From a virus (lineage: Duplodnaviria > Caudoviricetes), in IMG/VR virus record IMGVR_UViG_3300049489_000174, positions 1-52,429 of that record: a DNA stretch of 52,429 nt. One strand, written 5' to 3'. Below are positions 46,443 through 52,429 of the stretch, in pieces. Made by a program: the position numbers and the translations under genes. Within the stretch, counting starts at the first letter, position 1, and each line of letters opens with the position of its first letter. A model generated the notes under the pieces. The model worked only from the letters and a program-made list of their open reading frames with translations. It made no database searches and was not told the origin of the DNA.

Positions 46443-47621
46443 ATGCCGCGACTTTTCAAGTCTTGGGTTAATACAGTTGATGATGTTTCACTTCTATGTG
46501 TGACTGTAGATAACAAGACTATATACAATGCTCTGATGCCATCTAGTGTTGGTTCCATTGTGGCAGAGTATAATTGGAAATACATCAAGGGTGTATTCTT
46601 CTGTAAAGATGGTACGTTATTAGAATTGTTATCGAATGTTTACGGCTACGAAGGTAAGGTACGTAGAATAGAAAGTACAGATGACTACTTTCCTCGTAAT
46701 ATACAATCTAATTTGAGTAACTTTAATGGTAACTTCGGTACTTTGATACCACGGGCCAAAGGCGATTTTGTCATATCTCGCGTAGACTGTCATCCTAGAA
46801 TGAAGTATAAGAACAAGAATGAATGGTGCTGGCTACCCGTTAATATACAGAATAACAAGTTTGTTATGGTACGTATTAACAAGTGTAATGCACATTTTCT
46901 TAATAAAAACGCTGTATTAATCAATAATAAACTACATTTATATCCTGATTTCAAAGGATTTGATGGTAAATTTCATGGAAAACAGCTTACTTCTGTGATA
47001 TTTAAGGCTGTTTTTGGTATAAAAGGTTATAATAAGCATGTAAGTTTAATAGATTATACTGATTTTAGAGTGGATTTTAAGCAACAATGCTTCGTTTCTG
47101 GTAAGAATATACGTAATAATTGGTCTAAATTACAGGATAATATGTGGTTATTAGAGATAGTTATTAGTAATACTAAGCGTTGGTTGCCTGATACTTTGGC
47201 TTATCGGAACAAGAGTACAGGTAGAGTTTATGCTATTTTTAATAAGTGTTATGATGAGAATTTGTTTACTTGGAATGACGGTGCTATGACTATCAACGTG
47301 TACGACGATCTTAATACCATTGCAGCACCTATGTTCATAGCACGCGATAACAAGATGCCAGTTGATAATATATACATTCCTGCTAGAATGGGTAAGTATT
47401 ACCAGAAGGCTGTAGATACAGGTAACTTCAAATCTAGAGCTGCCTTTGAGCATACTGAGTTATCTACGCATCGTGGTGGTAGAGTTATGATGACCAAAGC
47501 TAAACTAATATCCAGAAGAAAAGTAAGTGCTGCTGTAGTATATGAATATGCTACAGGTAAGTATGCACTAGACTTGCGTCCTGAATCAATTATCGTCGGT
47601 TCTACTAATAAGGAAGCATAA
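46443..47621 (+). CDS. protein with three degenerate HNH-like modules
   Basis: modules end in DYFPRNI, DFRVDF and DLRPESI (compare canonical DNRRxNL); no LHR or VDH histidines. Confidence 0.5.
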   Translation: MPRLFKSWVNTVDDVSLLCVTVDNKTIYNALMPSSVGSIVAEYNWKYIKGVFFCKDGTLLELLSNVYGYEGKVRRIESTDDYFPRNIQSNLSNFNGNFGTLIPRAKGDFVISRVDCHPRMKYKNKNEWCWLPVNIQNNKFVMVRINKCNAHFLNKNAVLINNKLHLYPDFKGFDGKFHGKQLTSVIFKAVFGIKGYNKHVSLIDYTDFRVDFKQQCFVSGKNIRNNWSKLQDNMWLLEIVISNTKRWLPDTLAYRNKSTGRVYAIFNKCYDENLFTWNDGAMTINVYDDLNTIAAPMFIARDNKMPVDNIYIPARMGKYYQKAVDTGNFKSRAAFEHTELSTHRGGRVMMTKAKLISRRKVSAAVVYEYATGKYALDLRPESIIVGSTNKEA

Positions 47622-47624
47622 TCT

Positions 47625-47885
47625 ATGTCACTAGAATACGCACTCAAAGTCAACGAAGAACTAAAGAAAGGTCTAGTATCAGATAACGAGGCACATATTC
47701 TTTTACGTTGGTACCGTAGTATGCCATTTCTTGATGGTATGAAGGTACAACGGTACGTCGAACGTTGTACTAATATCGTCGAGGCTGAGTTGTTTCTTGA
47801 ACGTCTTTGTATTATGCATGAATGTGACCCTTTCTTTAGAGCGGCCCATATTCCTTTTGAGCTTCAGTTACAAGGAGAACAGTGA
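47625..47885 (+). CDS. hypothetical protein
   Basis: SD AAGGA. Confidence 0.7.
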   Translation: MSLEYALKVNEELKKGLVSDNEAHILLRWYRSMPFLDGMKVQRYVERCTNIVEAELFLERLCIMHECDPFFRAAHIPFELQLQGEQ

Positions 47886-47889
47886 TAGT

Positions 47890-48138
47890 ATGCCACATAT
47901 AACAGAGAAGTCTGTAACTAACTATTCTAATAGAGTACAGTCTAAACTACTCAAAGGCCCATGGTCAGCAGATGAAGATTCTACACTAATACACTTAGTG
48001 TCAAAGTTCAACGCTGAGCATACTTACAAAATAGGTAATGTTAACAGAATGTATGCTATAATATCAGATACTATGCATCGGTCTATTTCTTCTTGTCAAC
48101 GACGGTACGTCGAACTAAAGAACTTAGGGAGAGCGTAA
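47890..48138 (+). CDS. single Myb/SANT-domain DNA-binding protein
   Basis: KGPWSADEDSTLIHLV...YAIISDTMHRSISSCQRRYVEL matches the Myb consensus KGpWtxEEDxxL...Ia..l.RS..qC..Rw; SD AAGGAG before ATG 47890. Confidence 0.8.
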   Translation: MPHITEKSVTNYSNRVQSKLLKGPWSADEDSTLIHLVSKFNAEHTYKIGNVNRMYAIISDTMHRSISSCQRRYVELKNLGRA

Positions 48139-48139
48139 T

Positions 48140-48475
48140 ATGCCTAAACTCGAATACATGCTCAATGGGGATACCATTGAGGCATCATCAGATATTAAAC
48201 TTGCATTCTTTTGTCCGGGATGCGAGTGCCATCATGCTTATACTATTAAGGCATATAATAACGTCGGGCCGACGTGGCAGTGGAATAACAGTATGGATAA
48301 ACCTACTTTCTCTCCATCTTTACTTGTAAACTTTACACAGTGGGATGAAGAACAGAAAGTTGGTGTTAAGAGAGTATGCCATCTATTTATGAACGATGGT
48401 AAGATACAGTTCTTGAGTGATTGTACACATAAGCTCGCCGGTACGACGGTTGATATGCTTGATGTGGAAGTGTGA
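48140..48475 (+). CDS. DUF6527-family protein
   Basis: FFCPGC..HH, W.WN...PTFSPSLLV, CHLFM.DGKIQFLSDCTH.LAG.TV. Confidence 0.75.
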   Translation: MPKLEYMLNGDTIEASSDIKLAFFCPGCECHHAYTIKAYNNVGPTWQWNNSMDKPTFSPSLLVNFTQWDEEQKVGVKRVCHLFMNDGKIQFLSDCTHKLAGTTVDMLDVEV

Positions 48476-48476
48476 T

Positions 48477-48815
48477 ATGGCTCCTAACCTAGATCACGAT
48501 GATATAGTAGAGCATAATGAGCACTTATTCAAGCAGTACGTAGAACCATACTTACTGACACCAGAGAAATATTACTATTACTTACAACCGTCACAACATA
48601 TCGACAGTGCAACAGAAGTAGTTATAGTTTCACGCTCTAAACTAATAGACTATCTTAAGACGACGATATTTTATGCTGCCTCATTATCAGAAGATATTAT
48701 GATTGATGACTTTCTTGTAGTACACTTTGGTGCAGAAGCTAAGATTAACAGCAGTGGCAATGTTGTGGTTGATGTTAGACCAGATGAGGCGATTTCTACT
48801 GTTAGGAGATTATAA
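48477..48815 (+). CDS. hypothetical protein
   Basis: ATG 48477 directly after the previous stop. Confidence 0.65.
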   Translation: MAPNLDHDDIVEHNEHLFKQYVEPYLLTPEKYYYYLQPSQHIDSATEVVIVSRSKLIDYLKTTIFYAASLSEDIMIDDFLVVHFGAEAKINSSGNVVVDVRPDEAISTVRRL

Positions 48816-49301
48816 GTATAATTGGTATAATAGATTATATAATTTATCTGCGATTTTATGCTCGATATACCTTTGGTGCTTCGGGTGATTTGTTTTATTG
48901 TATGATGATACTATGATACTGCTTTACTGATGTGCGATGATTCATTGGTACTGCGGTACGTCGGTACTTTGTTATGTAGATATGATAATGATGGGTATAA
49001 TTGGTATAATAGATGTTGCTTGCATTGCGCAATGTTACGACGGTGCCTACGGCCCTTTGTAAGCGTGTGTTAGCATACCCTCCCCCATTGGCACGTTGTG
49101 TGCTTGTCATATGTTATCGCTTGACATACATTCAATGCATACATTGGCACGTTATGTGCTAGTGTCATATCAACGTATCACGATGGACCGATGGTACGAC
49201 GGTACGTTGACGGGCCTGCGGACGCGTTATGATAGGGCCATGCAGCCAACGTGCTGCGCTAACCATCCAACGGTGCAGCAAGCACCAAGGACATGTCAGC
49301 C

Positions 49302-49583
49302 ATGAGTGCCCATAACATCCTCATCATCCTTCCCGGCGCCAAGACAAAGATAGAGGAAATGCAGGATGCATCATATGCATTTATCGCAGCACAGGGAGCG
49401 AAGGGACTGAAACGCAATGATGCAGACGCTTCACATGATGCAGATATCATCATCGACGCTGCCAAGCCGATCGTTGAGGAACAAGCACGAAAGCATCTGC
49501 GCAACGCAGTAGGCAAGGATACATGGCAGGATCGCGCTGCGCTACTTAAGCGCGCGCTACAATTGTCCCGTAGTGTCCGCTAA
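49302..49583 (+). CDS. GC-rich small helical hypothetical protein
   Basis: AAGGA SD; Ala-rich helical; precedes the structured RNA (alternative start 49293). Confidence 0.65.
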   Translation: MSAHNILIILPGAKTKIEEMQDASYAFIAAQGAKGLKRNDADASHDADIIIDAAKPIVEEQARKHLRNAVGKDTWQDRAALLKRALQLSRSVR

Positions 49584-49603
49584 TCCGCCGTTATTGTAAC
49601 ATA

Positions 49604-49905
49604 TCCGCGCCAGAGCGTTGCCAACGGTTAAATATACGTCGGCACGCAAGTCCCCGTATGGGCAGGCGTGGAACAACATATACGTAGCACAACGGTACAA
49701 TGGTCAATATTGACCGACGTACCGTTGTATCCATTCCCATGCCCTAACAAGGGAACGAATGGAGTTTGTACGTTTCAACGTGGTGGCAGTACCACAACAT
49801 GCGAAGGCTAAAGCATGTGCAAACGTACCGTAAAGCATTGCGACAACATGCCATAATGAGTCACTAGGGGAGAATAGTACCTAGTAGCAACGGACCATTG
49901 TGCTA
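49604..49905 (+). ncRNA. putative multi-helix structured non-coding RNA
   Basis: series of 5-10 bp helices with G-U pairs on the + strand; no ORF; ends at a strong hairpin. Confidence 0.55.
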
Positions 49906-49950
49906 ATAATCCTACGAGGATCATTCGATCTTCGTAGGATTATTGTTTTG
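49905..49950 (+). terminator. long hairpin / intrinsic terminator
   Basis: AATAATCCTACGAGGATC-attc-GATCTTCGTAGGATTATT followed by GTTTT. Confidence 0.75.
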
Positions 49951-50016
49951 TATCATACTACAATAATCGCAAAATATCATACACAACAATAATCCTACGA
50001 TACAAAGGACGACGAT

Positions 50017-50235
50017 ATGCCTGCACCAGTAAATCCATCATTGAATAAAAAAACAAAGCAATGGACAGTACAGCGCATCCGTACAAAACAAGGGCGCATT
50101 GTACGTGATGGCGATAGAATACATCGTGGCAAAGGTCCATGTTCGGAGGTGAAGCGTAAAGCGTACCGTAGGTACGCACATCGGACGGGATTTAATGCTG
50201 AGTATGTTCGTTGCTCGTCGTTACAGATGGCATAA
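50017..50235 (+). CDS. small very basic hypothetical protein
   Basis: AAGGA SD 7 nt upstream; K/R-rich. Confidence 0.4.
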   Translation: MPAPVNPSLNKKTKQWTVQRIRTKQGRIVRDGDRIHRGKGPCSEVKRKAYRRYAHRTGFNAEYVRCSSLQMA

Positions 50236-50409
50236 TTGCCTAGAATATAAATCCCGCCAAGCCGGCCCAAAGTCTGCCGGCGGACCCGAGGGATTGCCCG
50301 ATAAGGCCGTTTCCCGTCGATCCTGCGGACTTTGAGGGGCTGACCATTGCCGTCGTCCGTCGGGGCTGAGATCGCATTTTCTTAGCATTTATGTCTAGGA
50401 ATACTTTTA

Positions 50410-50465
50410 TACTGTGGTACTGCGGTACTGCGGTACTGCGGTACTGCGGTACGACGGTTCAGTGG
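50410..50465. repeat. tandem 8-bp repeat array TACTGCGG (4 perfect + 3 degenerate), iteron-like
   Basis: tactgtgg-(tactgcgg)4-tacgacgg-ttcagtgg. Confidence 0.9.
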
Positions 50466-50537
50466 TGTTTATACTGCTGTGAAACTTTGTACAGCTATGC
50501 TTTTATCAGTAGGATTTACTATCAGAATTACCTACGT

Positions 50538-50787
50538 TCGTCGGTACGACGGTACAGCGGGTGTTTTAACAGAAGTGGGCCAGATAGGTACTATACTGAT
50601 ATATATGTTACTTACTATTGTTATAAATTAAAAAAAGAAAAAAAGGGAAAAAAGGGTGTAAGGTTTTGTTTACACTTTTTTTTAGAAAAAAAGATTTAGA
50701 GAGAGATCAAACCTAAGTAACATATATATCTATATAGTACAGTAGGTGGCCCACTTACCGTCAAACTTCGGACCGTCGTACCTACGA
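50538..50787. other. putative replication origin: ~75-bp imperfect inverted repeat around an A/T-tract core
   Basis: arms 50538-50614 and 50714-50787 share AAGTGGGCCA, GTACTATA, GATATATATGTTACTTA and GGTACGACGGT; core of A and T runs; long non-coding region. Confidence 0.7.
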
Positions 50788-51066
50788 TCATCGATCCTAA
50801 TGACATAGCCCACCCCCCGCAGCGTATCAAAATTCCTAGCATCATGCATTCTACTAGGCATTATCATCTCATCAACATTATATAAACGTACAGCAAATCA
50901 AAGTTAGCATTGTTGCAAAACTATATAAACTACTGATAAAACCCAGACAGCGTCTAGGTAATCCTAGCACCTGTTACATCCCAGGAAAGCACTTATGTGC
51001 CCTTCAATCTTCTCTGATCTATTTCTGACCCACTACATCGAAGATAACAAGCTAGGACTATTACTG

Positions 51067-51094
51067 TTGAAAGCAGTAGATCCGCTGTTATACT
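51067..51094 (+). promoter_or_regulatory. promoter TTGAAA-N16-TATACT with TG extended -10
   Basis: upstream of the small-gene cluster; same 16-bp spacing. Confidence 0.6.
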
Positions 51095-51155
51095 TTCAGT
51101 GCTGGGAGGAAATTATCTCTGTCTCACAAAAATCTAATATCTAAGGAACAAACAA

Positions 51156-51434
51156 ATGAAAATCAAATGTGATTATACACTCCACAGCGGTACAGTTGTC
51201 AACAATTTCACAGCAAATGTAGAAAATATGAAAGACTTTCATGAGTATATGCGGCAAGGGTTTATTGTTAACGGTGATATTAAGTCGTTCACGATCCTAG
51301 AAATCGACGGAACAAAGATAAATCATCCAGTCGAAGAGAATGTACTTGCTGTACAAAAGCAGAAAGAATCACTGTTAAAGAATGCAAAGATAGGCGATAA
51401 ATGGAAGACTAGAAATGGTATTGTACCAATGTAA
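51156..51434 (+). CDS. hypothetical protein
   Basis: SD AAGGA. Confidence 0.7.
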   Translation: MKIKCDYTLHSGTVVNNFTANVENMKDFHEYMRQGFIVNGDIKSFTILEIDGTKINHPVEENVLAVQKQKESLLKNAKIGDKWKTRNGIVPM

Positions 51435-51444
51435 TTAAACTTAT

Positions 51445-51825
51445 ATGAATATATATCATGTATATTCATATAAGTTTAATTACATTGGTACTGACGGTGT
51501 AAAATATCTTCTTACAACCACAGTCGATGGTATATACGATATTGATGCAACTAAACCGCAGGATCTAGACATCTTCGAACCGTTGAACCAAAGCATCACA
51601 GGAACGCTGATCGAAGATAAAAAGAAAGTCGATCAAATGCTAAAAGAAATAGAAACAGTATCTGGAAACTTACATACAATCTACGAAGTCGTATATCGTC
51701 GTACCGACGGCTCAATGGTACAAGTAAAAGTAGAGCATAAAGTATTAATACCACTGTTAAATGCAATAACAGAAGCGCATGGTACTGATTGTCTGCGGTC
51801 CGTCGATCAACAATATACACATTAA
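51445..51825 (+). CDS. hypothetical protein
   Basis: 126-aa ORF in operon. Confidence 0.65.
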   Translation: MNIYHVYSYKFNYIGTDGVKYLLTTTVDGIYDIDATKPQDLDIFEPLNQSITGTLIEDKKKVDQMLKEIETVSGNLHTIYEVVYRRTDGSMVQVKVEHKVLIPLLNAITEAHGTDCLRSVDQQYTH

Positions 51826-51843
51826 GTAGTCGTACCTTTGTAA

Positions 51844-51873
51844 TACAGTAACAAAGTAAAAAATGTTACTGTA
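51844..51873. promoter_or_regulatory. intergenic inverted repeat overlapping a TATAAT box
   Basis: TACAGTAACA-N10-TGTTACTGTA; TATAAT at 51872-77. Confidence 0.45.
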
Positions 51874-51915
51874 TAATTAAAGTACAACCACCCATGCTAT
51901 CCAAGGAGCATAACC

Positions 51916-52429
51916 ATGCAACATTCCATCATCACCAGCCCAAAAGAGTTCTGTGAACATTATCATGCTTGCGTAACAGGGTACAATTTCGCAGTACAAT
52001 ATGAAACAATGGAAGAAGTATGGAATAAGTGTGAACGACCTGATTGGATGATTTGGATATTGAATACGTTACAATGGAACTATAATAAGCAGAAACTAGC
52101 AGCAAAGTTCGTCAGAGAAATCTGGCATCTATTGAAGGATCAACGTAGCAAAGATGCTATTATTGCTATTGAAAATGATTCTTTAACACCTGAAATCAAA
52201 AATGCTGCTGCCGCTGCTGCCGCTGCTGCTGCCGCTGCTGCCGCTGATGCTTATGCTTATGCTTATGCTGCCGCTGCTGCCGCTGCTGCTGCTGCCGCTG
52301 ATGCTTATGCTGCTGCTGCTGCTTATGCCGCTGATGCTTATGCTTATGCTTATGCTGCCGCTGCTGCCGCTGCAAGAAAACAAATGAAATTAAAGCAAGT
52401 AGCAATTATCAAAGAGTTTATTGGTGTTA
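51916..52429 (+). CDS. poly-Ala (A/Y/D) tract protein; continues across the junction to stop at 107
   Basis: SD AAGGAG; MQHSIITSPKEFCEHYHAC...WNKCERPDWMIW...LLKDQRSKDAI...(A/Y/D)n...RKQMKLKQVAIIKEFIGVNPFAKV. Confidence 0.85.
   Translation, partial: MQHSIITSPKEFCEHYHACVTGYNFAVQYETMEEVWNKCERPDWMIWILNTLQWNYNKQKLAAKFVREIWHLLKDQRSKDAIIAIENDSLTPEIKNAAAAAAAAAAAAAADAYAYAYAAAAAAAAAAADAYAAAAAYAADAYAYAYAAAAAAARKQMKLKQVAIIKEFIGV
52204..52374 (+). repeat. codon-phased microsatellite (GCT/GCC/TAT/GAT units)
   Basis: GCTGCCGCT and GCTTAT units encoding the Ala/Tyr/Asp tract. Confidence 0.9.

Noticed and set aside
49207-49233. Promoter TTGACG...TATGAT upstream of the 49302 ORF
   Set aside because: The spacer is 15 bp, unlike the 16-bp family; possible but not supported enough to call
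50410-50465. CRISPR array
   Set aside because: Contiguous 8-bp units with no spacers and no cas genes
50391-50699. 102-aa ORF over the origin region
   Set aside because: Translation of 8-bp repeats and A/T tracts; no SD and low-complexity product
52183-52405. Poly-Ser, poly-Gln/His and poly-Leu ORFs in the ORF track
   Set aside because: They are shadow frames of the poly-Ala microsatellite; the real gene starts at 51916 with an SD and crosses the junction

Overview
This looks like a complete, circularly permuted ~52.35-kb genome of a lytic tailed dsDNA phage with siphovirus architecture. Bases 11-87 repeat the last 77 bases, and one ORF runs across the junction. The + strand (46.0-52.4 kb and 1-20.6 kb) carries small early genes, a Zn-dependent deaminase, a pyrimidine-dimer glycosylase-like protein, a VRR-NUC nuclease, a SNF2 helicase, dCTP deaminase, an SSB-like protein, tRNA-Ile(UAU), ThyX, dNMP kinase, a DnaG-type primase fused to an MCM-type helicase, and a family A DNA polymerase. 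The - strand (45.9-20.6 kb) is one late operon: terminase, portal, protease, capsid, head-tail joining, tail tube, frameshifting chaperones, tape measure and tail tip/fibre genes. I recognised no integrase, endolysin, CRISPR array or reverse transcriptase. The most unusual part is the 45.9-50.8 kb control region. It holds a perfectly palindromic bidirectional promoter and two proteins built from four apparently catalytically dead HNH modules. It also has a stand-alone Myb/SANT domain protein, a ~340-nt densely base-paired putative ncRNA, and an origin-like inverted repeat. Beside that repeat is a tandem 8-bp array whose degenerate copies (GNNCCGTY in 8-bp register) recur throughout this AT-rich genome, with an apparent orientation bias around the origin. 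All assignments come from reading motifs by eye; no searches were run.
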